From Longimicrobiales bacterium (GTDB taxonomy: Bacteria > Gemmatimonadota > Gemmatimonadetes > Longimicrobiales > Gaopeijiaceae), in assembly GCA_965116905.1 (NCBI GenBank), contig OZ220732.1, positions 512,001-576,000 of the forward strand: a stretch of 64,000 nt of DNA. The letters run 5' to 3'. Under the pieces are notes generated by a model. That model ran no database searches. It saw only the letters and a list, made by a program, of their open reading frames with translations, and was not told where the DNA came from. The position numbers and the translations under genes were made by a program. Positions 1-9,510 of the stretch are shown here, one piece after another; position 1 is the stretch's first letter; every line of letters begins with the position of its first letter.

Positions 1-122
1 GCCGACCCACAGCTCGTCAGACCGGTCGTGATTCCGTGCAAGCCAGCTCCGCAGGTCGGCCGGGGTGGCGAAGAAGCGGGGACTGTCGGCGGTGGCGCCG
101 GGCGCGGGTGCGTCCGCCACCC

Positions 123-2675
123 TCAGCTGTCCGGCGTCAGCATCGTGCGCTCGGCCGCAACCGATTCCACGCGCTCGCGCGAATAGAAGACCGGGAAGAA
201 GCGGTCGTTGGCCCAGAGTTCGAACAGGTTGTCGTAGAAGGGCGAATCGGGATCGCCGGACTGGCCCGGCGTGTTGCTCCCGACGGCCAGGTCCCAGTCG
301 CCCGTGTCCACGATGATCCGGAACGATGCGCCCGACGTCTGGTTGTCCCCGCCGCCCGTGTTGTTGAGGGTGAAGCTGTTGCCGCCCCGCGGCAGCGGTC
401 CGACGGTGAAGCGCGTGGCCAGATCCGCCGGGACCGCGCGCGACAGCGGGTGGAAGAGCGTGGCGTGCTTGTAGTCCGGCTGGCCGTACTGCCAGCGGTC
501 CATTCCGCCGCCGAGCCGGGAGCGCAGATCGCCCACCGCCTCTTCCAGGCTGCGCAGCAGCACCGCGTCCCGCCCGGCGACCGGATCGTCGCCGAACTCC
601 CCGCCGGGCGCGGTCAGGTGGCCGATCACCTTCACCATCGCCATGCCGCGCACGTGGGCGCGCGCGGAGGCAGGCACGAGCACGTCGTGGACGTTCCCGC
701 GCAGCCGTCGTTCGAAGGCGTTGTAGATCCCCGCGGCGACCGATTCGGGGGCCAGCACGAAGTCCCAGTCCAGGAGCATCCGACGCGCCCGCTCGACATC
801 GCCGCCGCCGGGCGCCACGTCCCGCAGCATCGGCACCAGGGTCCGCGCGGGGATCGAGAGGTAGTCCGTCTGCAGGGCCATCATGTCGGCCATGGAATGG
901 AGGCGTCCCGAGCCGAGGACCTCGGCGGCCCGCGCCCAGCGATAGGGGTCGGACCACTCGAACCCGATCGCGTCCATGTGCGGGTAGTCGGCGGGGGTGA
1001 GGTGGTTGTTGGCGGTGGCGAAGTACCCCTCCGCCGGGTTGTAGACGCTCGGCTTGGCCGTGATGGGGAGGTAGCCGTCCCACTCGAAGCGCCCGTCGCC
1101 GGGAACCGGTACCAGGCCGGACCAGTTGCGGCGGATGGGCGCGATCCCCACGGCCTGCCAGCCGATGTTCCCGTCCCGGTCCGCCCAGACCATGTTCTCG
1201 CCCGGGATGTTGGAGTAGTTGCACGCCTCGACGAACTCCTCCCAGGTGCGCGCCTGGTCCATGCGCAGACTCGCCAGATAGGGGGCGCCGCCGGGCTCGA
1301 GCCACGCCGCCCGCACCGCGTAGGCCACGTTGTTGGCCGGATCCTCGAAGACGACGGGGCCGTGCCGGGTGTACTTGAACTCCGCCGTGTGGGGAGCGCG
1401 CCCCTTCACGGGGATCTCCTCGGTGATCACCGTCATCGTCTCCCAGCCGTCGCGGTACCGGTAGCGGTCGGGGTCCGCGGGGTCGGTCTCGTAGACGTAC
1501 AGGTCTTCGCCGTCGGTGCGGAAGACCGTCAGCCCCCAGGCACCGTACTCGTTGTGGCCGATGCTGACGCCGGGGATCTCGGGCTCGCCGCCGCCGATCA
1601 CGTTCCACCCCGGCGCGACCAGGTGCACCCAGTAGCGCAGCGAAGGGGCGGACTGGGCGCGGTGGGGGTCGTTGGCCATGAGAGGGAAGCCGCTCTCGCT
1701 CAGACGCCCGCTCACGACCCAGTTGTTGGATCCGAGGCTCTCGTAGTCGGGCCAGGCGAGGGGATCCTGCCAGCCAGGGGCGTCTGCATGTCTCACCGGG
1801 CCAGCCGCGGCGGTGCCTCCCGCGCCTGGATCTTCCGTCGCGCCGGTCAGGTGCAGCGCCGCCTCCAGCCTCGCAAACGCCTCCTCGTTCCCCCGATACT
1901 CCGGCACCAGGTGCTCGGGCCGGAAGCGCACCGACCCGCGGAAGGCGTTGTACAGCCCCAGGATGTCCTGGCTCAGAAGCGCCCCGTCGATCGCGGGATC
2001 CAGCGCGATGTCGGGGTCCCCCGGGTGAAAGTTGGCGACCCGCTTGACCATTGCATCGCCCACGGCCGCGACCGCCCGCCCGTAGTTCAGCTCGGCACCG
2101 ATGTTCCCCAGCAGCCCCTGGTGCCGCGAGATCACCACCTCCGGCGTCCACCGCTTCGGACGAATCCCCAGCAGCTCGAACTCGACCGGCAGCAGCGACG
2201 GGTCCGCCTCCGTCTCGGCGATATGCGCGTTCACGCCGTCCACGTACGCCGGGATGATCCGGTCGCCGCGGTCGTGGTAGTGGTTCATCTCCACCGTCAT
2301 GTCGCCCCGGTACCGGAACAGCCGGAACCCGATGTCGCGCTCCAGCTCGCTCTCGCCGAGCATCTCCGCCACAGTGCCCGTCGCCTGCGCCCGCCAAACC
2401 TCGAACTGAAAGAGCCGGTCACGCGCGGCCGCGTACCCCTGCGCAAAGAACAGGTCGTACTCGGTCTCGGCGTAGATGTGGTTGATCCCCCAGCGGTCGC
2501 GAATGATCTCGACGGGGGCATTGAGCCCCGGCAGCGTGCTGGTGGTGGATGAGAGGGCGGCGTGGGCCGTGGCGGCTGACGCGGCAGGCGCGACCTGCGT
2601 GGAGGCGGCCGACGGGGCGCCTGCGAGAAGGACGATGGCGGCGAGCACGGTGGGGAAATCGCGAATGGCTGGCAT
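123..2675 (-). CDS. Penicillin acylase family (peptidase S45, Ntn hydrolase), secreted
   Basis: Signal peptide from MPAIRDF (ATG 2675); IIRDRWGINHIYA, FFAQGYAAARDRLFQ, beta-chain start GSNNWVVSG, ANDPH, C-terminal PGQSGDPDSPFY. Confidence 0.93.
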   Translation of the reverse strand: MPAIRDFPTVLAAIVLLAGAPSAASTQVAPAASAATAHAALSSTTSTLPGLNAPVEIIRDRWGINHIYAETEYDLFFAQGYAAARDRLFQFEVWRAQATGTVAEMLGESELERDIGFRLFRYRGDMTVEMNHYHDRGDRIIPAYVDGVNAHIAETEADPSLLPVEFELLGIRPKRWTPEVVISRHQGLLGNIGAELNYGRAVAAVGDAMVKRVANFHPGDPDIALDPAIDGALLSQDILGLYNAFRGSVRFRPEHLVPEYRGNEEAFARLEAALHLTGATEDPGAGGTAAAGPVRHADAPGWQDPLAWPDYESLGSNNWVVSGRLSESGFPLMANDPHRAQSAPSLRYWVHLVAPGWNVIGGGEPEIPGVSIGHNEYGAWGLTVFRTDGEDLYVYETDPADPDRYRYRDGWETMTVITEEIPVKGRAPHTAEFKYTRHGPVVFEDPANNVAYAVRAAWLEPGGAPYLASLRMDQARTWEEFVEACNYSNIPGENMVWADRDGNIGWQAVGIAPIRRNWSGLVPVPGDGRFEWDGYLPITAKPSVYNPAEGYFATANNHLTPADYPHMDAIGFEWSDPYRWARAAEVLGSGRLHSMADMMALQTDYLSIPARTLVPMLRDVAPGGGDVERARRMLLDWDFVLAPESVAAGIYNAFERRLRGNVHDVLVPASARAHVRGMAMVKVIGHLTAPGGEFGDDPVAGRDAVLLRSLEEAVGDLRSRLGGGMDRWQYGQPDYKHATLFHPLSRAVPADLATRFTVGPLPRGGNSFTLNNTGGGDNQTSGASFRIIVDTGDWDLAVGSNTPGQSGDPDSPFYDNLFELWANDRFFPVFYSRERVESVAAERTMLTPDS

Positions 2676-2816
2676 GGCGAACCGGGTCGGAGGGATGCAC
2701 GGTGAGCGCCCACAAGGTAGCGCCCGACCGATGGTACGCACGATGTTGCCCGGGACGCCATGGCCAACCACGACACCCGATCGCCGAATCCGCCCCGTAC
2801 CGAAGGAGCCATACCC

Positions 2817-3272
2817 ATGAAGACCCCCGGACCGATCGCACCCCTCCTGGCCCTCCTGCTCGCCGCCTGCGGCCCACCCGCCGACCAGGCCGGCGAACAG
2901 CCCGTCGAACAGTCCGGCGAGCAGTCCGCCGAGGCTGCGGACGCCCAGGCCGGCGCGGCGGACGAGCCGGCACTCACCACCGGCCGCACGCCGCAGTTCG
3001 AGAACGAGCACGTCACCGTGTGGAAGAGCGTGATCGTCCCGAACCAGCCCCTCGAGATGCACCGGCACGACAACCCCCGCGCCATCATCGCGCTGAAGGG
3101 CGGCACGCTCACGGTCGTCAACGACTCCGGCGAGCGCCACGACATGACCTGGGAGACCGGCAACGCCTACTGGCTGGAGGCGGACCCGCCCGGTGAACTG
3201 CACGGCGACGTCAACGAGGGGCCCGAGCCCGTTGAAGTGATCGTGGTTCAGCTGAAAGGAGCAGGTGAATGA
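2817..3272 (+). CDS. Cupin-domain lipoprotein
   Basis: SD GAAGGAG; lipobox LLAAC; cupin motifs MHRHDNPRA and LHGDVN...VIVVQLK. Confidence 0.75.
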   Translation: MKTPGPIAPLLALLLAACGPPADQAGEQPVEQSGEQSAEAADAQAGAADEPALTTGRTPQFENEHVTVWKSVIVPNQPLEMHRHDNPRAIIALKGGTLTVVNDSGERHDMTWETGNAYWLEADPPGELHGDVNEGPEPVEVIVVQLKGAGE

Positions 3273-4720
3273 GACAGCTCTTCAAACAGGGACATCGCCC
3301 GGGAGCCCGTGGACAGAATCCCCCCGGCATTCGGGTGGCCAAGCATCCGGGCCGGACGGTCCTTCCCGTTCTCGCCCTGCTGTCCGCGACCGTCGGCGGC
3401 CTGGCAGCCCAGAGGCCCGTGAACGTCCCCGAGGACATACCGGCGCGGATCCAGCCGCTGCCGACGCTGCGCGAACAGGCGGAGGAGCAGCAGGAGTGGC
3501 TGGAGCTGCGGGTCGGAAGAGTCCTGCCGAAGCTGATGGCGGAGTACGACGTGCGCATGTGGATCCTGTCGATGCGCGAATACGCGGAAGATCCCGTCTT
3601 CTGGTCCATCACCTCGCCGACGACTTTCGCCGCCCGCCGCCGCTCCATCTACGTCTTCACGCGGCAGGACGACGGGACGGTCGAGCGCCTGGCGCTGGGC
3701 GGCACGAGCCAGGGGGGCGTCTTCGAGGCGTACCGCTCCACCCGGCCCGCGCCCACACAGCCAACCGCGGAACTGGTCGGCGACGAGCAGTGGCGGCTCC
3801 TGCGCGAACTCGTGGAGGACCGCGATCCCGAGAACATCGTCCTCAATATCGATCCCGTCTGGGCGTTCTCGGACGGCCTCCACGCGGGTGAGCGCGAGGC
3901 CCTGGAAGATGCGCTGGGTCCCGACCTGCTCAGCCGGGTGAAGCGCGAGCCGCGCCTGGCCATGAACTACATCGCGCTGCGCCTCCCCGAGATGATGCCG
4001 CGCTACCGGAAGATCCAGGAGACCGTCCACGCGGTCATCTCGCATGCGTTCTCGAATGCGGTGATCACGCCGGGCGAGACCACCATCGAGGACGTGGAGT
4101 GGTGGATGCGCCAGCGCGTGCGCGACCTGGGCTACACGGTCTGGTTCCAGTCCAACGTGGATGTCCAGCGCGCGGGCGAGGTGCCTTCGTCCGGCCCCAC
4201 GGTGATCGAGCGCGGCGACCTGCTCTGGACCGACTTCGGTGTGGTGGCGCAGAATCTGCACACCGACACGCAGCACCTGGGCTACGTGCTGAGGGAAGGT
4301 GAAGCCGGCCCGCCGGCCGGGCTTTGGCAGTGTCTTGCCAACTCGAACCGGCTGCAGGACATACTCATGGAACACATGGAGCCGGGGCTCAGCGGCAACA
4401 CGATCCTGGCCAACACGCTGGCGCAGATGCGGGCCGAGGGGATCAACGGCACCGTCTACACGCACCCGATCGGGGACCACGGGCACGGCGCGGGGCCACT
4501 CATCGGCCGGTGGGATGGGCAAGAGGGGGTGCCGGTTCGCGGTGACGCGATCCTGTTGCCGTCGACCTGGCATTCGATCGAGCTGCAGGCGACGACGCCG
4601 ATCCCGGAGTGGGGCGACAAACCCGCCAGTTGCCGACAGGAGGAAGAGGCCTACCTCGACACCGAAGGCGAGCGGCACTGGGTCTTCCGGCGCCAGAGCC
4701 GCTTCCACCTGGTCTGGTAG
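3269..4720 (+). CDS. M24 (Xaa-Pro aminopeptidase-like) metallopeptidase, probably exported
   Basis: Ligand pattern TDFG, TDTQH, HPIGDHGH, SIE, QEEE; ATGA overlap with the upstream gene; true start may be slightly downstream. Confidence 0.82.
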   Translation: MRQLFKQGHRPGARGQNPPGIRVAKHPGRTVLPVLALLSATVGGLAAQRPVNVPEDIPARIQPLPTLREQAEEQQEWLELRVGRVLPKLMAEYDVRMWILSMREYAEDPVFWSITSPTTFAARRRSIYVFTRQDDGTVERLALGGTSQGGVFEAYRSTRPAPTQPTAELVGDEQWRLLRELVEDRDPENIVLNIDPVWAFSDGLHAGEREALEDALGPDLLSRVKREPRLAMNYIALRLPEMMPRYRKIQETVHAVISHAFSNAVITPGETTIEDVEWWMRQRVRDLGYTVWFQSNVDVQRAGEVPSSGPTVIERGDLLWTDFGVVAQNLHTDTQHLGYVLREGEAGPPAGLWQCLANSNRLQDILMEHMEPGLSGNTILANTLAQMRAEGINGTVYTHPIGDHGHGAGPLIGRWDGQEGVPVRGDAILLPSTWHSIELQATTPIPEWGDKPASCRQEEEAYLDTEGERHWVFRRQSRFHLVW

Positions 4721-4795
4721 CGCTTCGACTGCCGTCGTGCCACGATGGAGTCGAAGCCAGCCTTGCAACAGGGCCACAGCGAAGGAGAGAAGACC

Positions 4796-5998
4796 ATGAG
4801 CGTGAACCGACCACACCTCATCGGCGGAGTAAGCGCCGTCCTTGCCATCGCGCTCGCGTGCGGACAGGAAGCGATCGATGAAGCCACCTCCACCGGCGCC
4901 GGGGCCGGGGCCGAAGCGCCCAGGTTCGAGGTGGATCCGTTCTGGCCGAAGCCGCTGCCGGAGCACTGGCTGCTCGGCTCCACGATCGGTGTGGGCGTGG
5001 ACTCCCGCGACCACGTCTTCATCATTCACCGCCGCGCCTCCATAGACGCGCGCACGGAGCTGGGCGCGGAAGCGGATCCGCCCACCGCCGAATGCTGCCG
5101 CGCGGCGCCCGAGGTCCTCGAATTCGACACGGAAGGGAACCTCGTCAATTCATGGGGAGGCCCCTCAGACGAGTACGTGTGGCCCGAGTCAAACCACGGA
5201 ATCACGGTCGACCACATGGACAACGTGTGGATCGGCGGCAACGGGGCGACCGACTCGCACATCCTCAAGTTCTCGCGCGACGGCCGGTTTCTGGCCTCCT
5301 TCGGGCAACCGGAGCTGGGACAGGAACCCGACAGCCACAGCGAGACGCGCTTTAACCGGGTCGCCGAGGTGGCGTTCGACGCCGAGGCCAACGAAGCCTA
5401 CGTCGCGGACGGCTACGGCGGGCGCCGCGTGGCGGTGCTCGATGCGTCGACAGGCGCGTTCAAGCGCTACTGGGGCGCCTACGGCAACGCGCCCGACGAC
5501 ACGCCCACCCCGCCGTACGATCCCGATGCGCCGCCCCTGCAGCAGTTCCGCACGCCGGTGCACTGCGCCGAGCCTTCGCTGGACGGCCTGGTGTACGTAT
5601 GCGACCGTCCGAACAACCGGATCCAGGTCTTCCGAACGGACGGCACCTTCGTGGACGAGGTGATGATCGCACCTCGCACGCTCGGCGGCGGCTCGACCTG
5701 GGACCTCGCCTTCTCCCGCGATCCCGGGCAGCGCTACATGTATGTCGCCGACGGCAGCAATCACAGGGTCCACGTGATGGACCGCGCGTCACTCCAGGTG
5801 CTGACGACGTTCGGCGACGGAGGCCGGCAGGCGGGCCAGTTCATCGGCGTCCACAGCATCGCCACCGACTCACGCGGCAACGTCTACACGACCGAGACGT
5901 ACGAGGGCAAACGGATACAGAAGTTCGTGTACATGGGCCTGGGTCCGGTGTCGGCGGAACACCAGGGTACACCGTGGCCGAGTGGCGGCGGGGGGTGA
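4796..5998 (+). CDS. NHL-repeat beta-propeller lipoprotein (PAL-like family)
   Basis: SD GAAGGAG, lipobox ALAC, FEVDPFWPKPLP and repeated YVADG/YVCDR/IATDSRGNVY blades. Confidence 0.82.
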   Translation: MSVNRPHLIGGVSAVLAIALACGQEAIDEATSTGAGAGAEAPRFEVDPFWPKPLPEHWLLGSTIGVGVDSRDHVFIIHRRASIDARTELGAEADPPTAECCRAAPEVLEFDTEGNLVNSWGGPSDEYVWPESNHGITVDHMDNVWIGGNGATDSHILKFSRDGRFLASFGQPELGQEPDSHSETRFNRVAEVAFDAEANEAYVADGYGGRRVAVLDASTGAFKRYWGAYGNAPDDTPTPPYDPDAPPLQQFRTPVHCAEPSLDGLVYVCDRPNNRIQVFRTDGTFVDEVMIAPRTLGGGSTWDLAFSRDPGQRYMYVADGSNHRVHVMDRASLQVLTTFGDGGRQAGQFIGVHSIATDSRGNVYTTETYEGKRIQKFVYMGLGPVSAEHQGTPWPSGGGG

Positions 5999-6021
5999 GG
6001 GAGGGCGGATTCGGCGTCGGG

Positions 6022-6092
6022 TTATCGCTGCTGGACGACCCGGATCGGTCCCGGATACTGCCGCATGGAAGGGCGTCATCCGTAGCAACCAC
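6022..6092 (-). pseudogene. 3' relic of a VapC/PIN toxin gene (frameshifted)
   Basis: Reads VVATDDAL/(+2 nt)/MRQYPGPIRVVQQR*, aligning with LWTMDEVVGRYPGPIQVVE* of the VapC at 7782; 27/31 nt identity between 6035-6065 and 7789-7819. Confidence 0.65.
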
Positions 6093-6102
6093 GCACGCAA
6101 AG

Positions 6103-6522
6103 CTACTCTCTCGGCGGAGGGACTGACTGAGCCGCGCTCGCCAGACTTTGGGCGAGGGCGACCTGCTGGTCCCGTTCTCTCGGCCAACCAACCACATTGG
6201 CGTGTCTTGGTGGCGGTTCGTCGAGTTCTGTTCGGAGAGGTCGTGTAGCAGATACTGCACCCACTGTCAGGTCCGCCCGGCCGTGGATGTTCCTGCCACG
6301 AGGAAGCGCGTGCAGACGAGCGTGCTCCCATATGGCTGGTTCGCTCATAGCATCCATATGAAAGACAGAGACCTCAAGCGGACGTCCATGTGCCGATCTG
6401 GGCATGAAGGCGTGGTATTTGAGCCTGAACCCACCGTCGGCCTTCGAAATCCACCTCCGCGTAAACGTGAAGCGCGAGAGTGGTGTCGTGTCCGATAGTC
6501 GGGAGTTGCGCCGGCTACTCAA
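6103..6522 (-). CDS. Small hypothetical protein, putative ADP-ribosyltransferase-fold toxin
   Basis: TTG start overlaps the upstream stop by 8 nt; motif order LSR...AFMP...EVSV...PPPRHANV resembles small ART-like toxins (recognised by eye). Confidence 0.55.
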   Translation of the reverse strand: MSSRRNSRLSDTTPLSRFTFTRRWISKADGGFRLKYHAFMPRSAHGRPLEVSVFHMDAMSEPAIWEHARLHALPRGRNIHGRADLTVGAVSATRPLRTELDEPPPRHANVVGWPRERDQQVALAQSLASAAQSVPPPRE

Positions 6523-7012
6523 CTAGCTCCAGGGCCGTTTCGACCAAGCGTTTGGGCAACCCGTCGGCGAACATCTCAGTACCAATGACCCGGACAGCAT
6601 TCAGCCTAGCGGCATAACGAAGCTCCCCGTTTCGCCCAATGCTGACAGAAAGAACTCGATCCGGTCCCAGCCACCATTCAAGTCCGGCGTCACCGTCCGG
6701 CTCGAACGCGATGTCCGGAACACCCAGTGTACTGGGGAAAGCCGCGAGGACTTGTCTCGCCCACTCCATAGACAATTCGCTAGCCGGCGCCGCACCGTAC
6801 CCGTCCCAGTCGGGCTGGGAACAGTCGTAGAAGGCCTCGTCGAGGGCCTGCTGACGCTGGCGGCGAAGGCGGCTCTGTTCCGTGCGCAAAGCGCTCATCT
6901 CCACTGCCGCGACGCGTTGACGGACCGTGCGGGCTTCGTTCGAGATCCCCCGGTCCGTACTCCACTGAAGAAACCCTGACCGAGGCAGGACTACGCTCGC
7001 TACGCTAGCCAT
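6515..7012 (-). CDS. Hypothetical protein with WDGYGAxP motif (165 aa)
   Basis: ATG at 7012 overlaps the upstream TAA (TAATG); DWDGYGAAP, PDGDAGLEW, LSVSI motifs. Confidence 0.75.
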   Translation of the reverse strand: MASVASVVLPRSGFLQWSTDRGISNEARTVRQRVAAVEMSALRTEQSRLRRQRQQALDEAFYDCSQPDWDGYGAAPASELSMEWARQVLAAFPSTLGVPDIAFEPDGDAGLEWWLGPDRVLSVSIGRNGELRYAARLNAVRVIGTEMFADGLPKRLVETALELVE

Positions 7013-7731
7013 TATTGGAATCTCCTTATCGCCTCCGGCGTAAGACTCTCGAAGAAGATCCGGTTCTTCGCATCCCGAACCCTGGTAAGGTGACGGTGGA
7101 GAGTCGTGGTATCTGTCGGGAATGAATTCCGGACGAAGCAATCGATGTCCAGTACAATAGACGGTTCAGCCGATTCCTCGGTTGCAAGAGACACAATCGC
7201 GGTCACGCCATCCATCGGCGCGAGATGGTAGCGGAAAAGAAAGCTCTCCATCGTACCCGCAGATACACCCAGTGGTACTCGCAAGATCTCCGCGAGTTGC
7301 CCAGACGGTGGGAGATTGACCCGATTGATGAAACGCGTCGCAATCCTCTCCACGCCAAGTGGTCTCGCTTGATCCAAGTAGCGATCCCAAACGACCCAGG
7401 CGTTGGCCAGCATTCGATCCCACGACTCGTACGGGGCCAACCGACTGAAGGTGAATCCGTCGATCCGGACCTGCGCAACATGGAGTCCGTCGACGCTATC
7501 AATCCGATAGCCAAGTAACTGTGGAGCCCTCTGGACTGAAGTAGGCCCCTCGTCACCGAAGTGAATCTGCCCCTGGAATTGGTGAATCGGGCCGACCTTG
7601 GGGTATTGGGCCGCGAGTCCATCGACCAATGAATGCAGGGTCTCTTGAGTCGTATCTGCCGCGAGTCGCACGCGGAAGTCAATCAGAGCCTCACTAATGG
7701 GCGCTTTGGCAAGGTGCGGATAGTCGGGCAT
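7012..7731 (-). CDS. TIGR04255-like protein
   Basis: APISEALIDFR, PYESW, RIATRFINR, LDID and KNRIFFESLT pattern. Confidence 0.8.
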   Translation of the reverse strand: MPDYPHLAKAPISEALIDFRVRLAADTTQETLHSLVDGLAAQYPKVGPIHQFQGQIHFGDEGPTSVQRAPQLLGYRIDSVDGLHVAQVRIDGFTFSRLAPYESWDRMLANAWVVWDRYLDQARPLGVERIATRFINRVNLPPSGQLAEILRVPLGVSAGTMESFLFRYHLAPMDGVTAIVSLATEESAEPSIVLDIDCFVRNSFPTDTTTLHRHLTRVRDAKNRIFFESLTPEAIRRFQ

Positions 7732-7781
7732 GGCAACCTAAGATAAGAGTACCGTCATCAGCGCAACCGCCGGCACCATCA

Positions 7782-8171
7782 TCATTCTACCACCTGGATC
7801 GGTCCCGGATACCGCCCCACAACTTCATCCATGGTCCACAGCGTGATCCCCTCCACTTGCGCCTGCGCGACGAGCATTCGGTCGAACCGGTCCCGGTGGA
7901 TCTCGGGGAGCAAGTCCACGGCAGCCACGTGAGCCCCGGTTACCGGCAACTCGGAGTAGCCGTTATCGAGCAGCCCGCGGCGGAGCAGCCGGGGGTCCGC
8001 CGTGAAATCGGTGCGCCCAAGCCCGCTCTTGATGGCAACCTCCCAGAGGGACGCAGCGCTGTACACCGGTTCTGACGCAGAATCGTCCAGGAACTCGCGC
8101 ACCGCGGGCGGCAACCGGTCGGGGAGCCCCGCAGCCCACAGCAGAAGGTGCGTGTCGAGGAGAACAGTCAC
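7782..8171 (-). CDS. vapC: VapC family PIN-domain toxin
   Basis: LLDTHLLLW, SAASLWEVAIKSGLGR, HRDRFDRMLVAQA; GTGA overlap with the antitoxin. Confidence 0.92.
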   Translation of the reverse strand: MTVLLDTHLLLWAAGLPDRLPPAVREFLDDSASEPVYSAASLWEVAIKSGLGRTDFTADPRLLRRGLLDNGYSELPVTGAHVAAVDLLPEIHRDRFDRMLVAQAQVEGITLWTMDEVVGRYPGPIQVVE

Positions 8172-8413
8172 TCTCCGTCCTTGAAAGTCGCCAGGATTTC
8201 CTGGGCTCCCATCGTGCCAAAGTCGTCGGGCACCGAGATCCGGCCTCGCATGAATCCCGTGCGCCGGACCGCCTCCGGCTCGGGAGCCTCGACCGACACC
8301 ACCTTCACCAGTGGCTTTCCCGATCGCGCGATGATGAAGGGATCACCGGCCACGGCCTCGCGGATCAGCCTGGAGAGGTGGGTCTTGGCTTCATGCATGT
8401 TGTAGGTGCGCAT
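8168..8413 (-). CDS. Phd/YefM family antitoxin
   Basis: NMHEAKTHLSRL...IIARSGKPLVKV...ISVPDDF. Confidence 0.92.
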   Translation of the reverse strand: MRTYNMHEAKTHLSRLIREAVAGDPFIIARSGKPLVKVVSVEAPEPEAVRRTGFMRGRISVPDDFGTMGAQEILATFKDGE

Positions 8414-8434
8414 AGACGGCCCCACGTCAGGATT

Positions 8435-8452
8435 AGTTTAGTTCAATAAACT
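8435..8452. promoter_or_regulatory. Putative antitoxin operator (AGTTTA-N6-TAAACT)
   Basis: 6-bp inverted repeat in the AT-rich gap upstream of the Phd gene. Confidence 0.45.
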
Positions 8453-8859
8453 TAGTCCACATTTCGCGCCTGCGCCACCCGAGGCGATCCGCCGACAGCC
8501 GCGAGGTGGTCGAAGTCCGAATCGGCCGACTCCAGATCCGCACCGTGGTGGAGGGCGCAGGCGGCGACCAGGACATCGGTTGCCGGGGCGGTCACTCCCC
8601 GCGCGCGTGCCTGGGTCGTCAGCTCGTACGCCTTGCTCCAGACCTCACTGTCGATCGCCAGCTCGGGGAGGACGCGAGCGAACTCCCGCAGCACACTTCG
8701 TTCGTGCGCTCCCCGGGCGCCGTTCCAGAGTTCGAGCTGGACCAGCGGGCACCAGCAGGCTTCGCCGCTTTCGAGCGCGGCCTCAACGCGCGCATGAACT
8801 CCGGGATCGCCATCTGGCCGAAGGAAGTGGATCCAGGACGAAGTATCGACGAGAAGCAA
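8452..8859 (-). CDS. vapC: VapC family PIN-domain toxin
   Basis: LVDTSSWI, VQLELWNGAR, TDVLVAACA, SADSDFDHL. Confidence 0.92.
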   Translation of the reverse strand: MLLVDTSSWIHFLRPDGDPGVHARVEAALESGEACWCPLVQLELWNGARGAHERSVLREFARVLPELAIDSEVWSKAYELTTQARARGVTAPATDVLVAACALHHGADLESADSDFDHLAAVGGSPRVAQARNVD

Positions 8860-8863
8860 TGCC

Positions 8864-9067
8864 TCAGCTCCGCCGCCGGGCGGCTCGGATCTCTTCCGCC
8901 GTGGCCAGGTCGGAGCACGTCCCGCCGAACCTGGTCAGTTCCGCCATCCGCATGCGCCGGTTGAAGTACACGATGGCTCCCACGATGGCTTCGCGCTTGG
9001 TCTTCGCGTTTGTGAAGCGGATCGCATCCGCCAGTTCCTGATCTGGAATATCAACAGTGGTTTTCAT
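8864..9067 (-). CDS. vapB: VapB family (ribbon-helix-helix) antitoxin
   Basis: MKTTVDIPD...AKTKREAI; ends 4 nt before the PIN gene. Confidence 0.88.
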   Translation of the reverse strand: MKTTVDIPDQELADAIRFTNAKTKREAIVGAIVYFNRRMRMAELTRFGGTCSDLATAEEIRAARRRS

Positions 9068-9076
9068 TATTCCACG

Positions 9077-9087
9077 ATAGTAACTAT
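9077..9087. promoter_or_regulatory. Putative vapBC operator / -10 region
   Basis: Palindrome ATAGT-A-ACTAT containing a minus-strand TACTAT 9 nt before the ATG. Confidence 0.45.
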
Positions 9088-9211
9088 TAGAATATCAATC
9101 AATCGCGCGGATAATCCAATGAGTCTGTTGGCTTGCATCCTTCTCTTGGTGTCAGGCAGGTCCTCAATACCTCTCCTGGGCACCCTGTCTTTGAGCCCCA
9201 GGAGGTCGATG

Positions 9212-9499
9212 TCACGCCGCCACGAAGCGCTCAACCGCGATTTCCCCGGCGCTCTCGCGGGCCTGCCACAGATCGTATGCCATCTGCATTCCCAGCCAGG
9301 TCTCCGGCGTCGATCCGAACGCCTTCGACAACCGGATGGCCATCTCGACCGAGATCCCCGTGTGACCGTTTAACAATTCGGACAACGCCTGCCGGGTGAC
9401 ACCCAACCCCTCGGCCGCCCGAGTCACGGTCAACCCCAGCGGTTCGAGGCACTGCCGCCTCACGATGCCCCCGGGATGCGGCGGGTCGTGCATGGCCAT
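9212..9499 (-). CDS. higA: HigA family addiction-module antitoxin
   Basis: PPHPG...LGVTRQALSELLNG...SVEMAIRLSKAFGSTPETWLGMQMAYDLWQ; SD GAGGAGG. Confidence 0.95.
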   Translation of the reverse strand: MAMHDPPHPGGIVRRQCLEPLGLTVTRAAEGLGVTRQALSELLNGHTGISVEMAIRLSKAFGSTPETWLGMQMAYDLWQARESAGEIAVERFVAA

Positions 9500-9510
9500 G
9501 ATTGGCCTCC

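Noticed and set aside
36..2552. 838-aa plus-strand ORF, and similar long ORFs such as 9502-11361, 21620-24082, 35576-37624, 38121-40502 and 56205-58136
   Set aside because: Antisense shadows of well-supported genes in high-GC DNA; Arg/Gly/Pro-rich with no recognisable motifs.
9119..9211. Possible gene relic between higA and vapB
   Set aside because: The reading frames I translated gave no recognisable protein motif.
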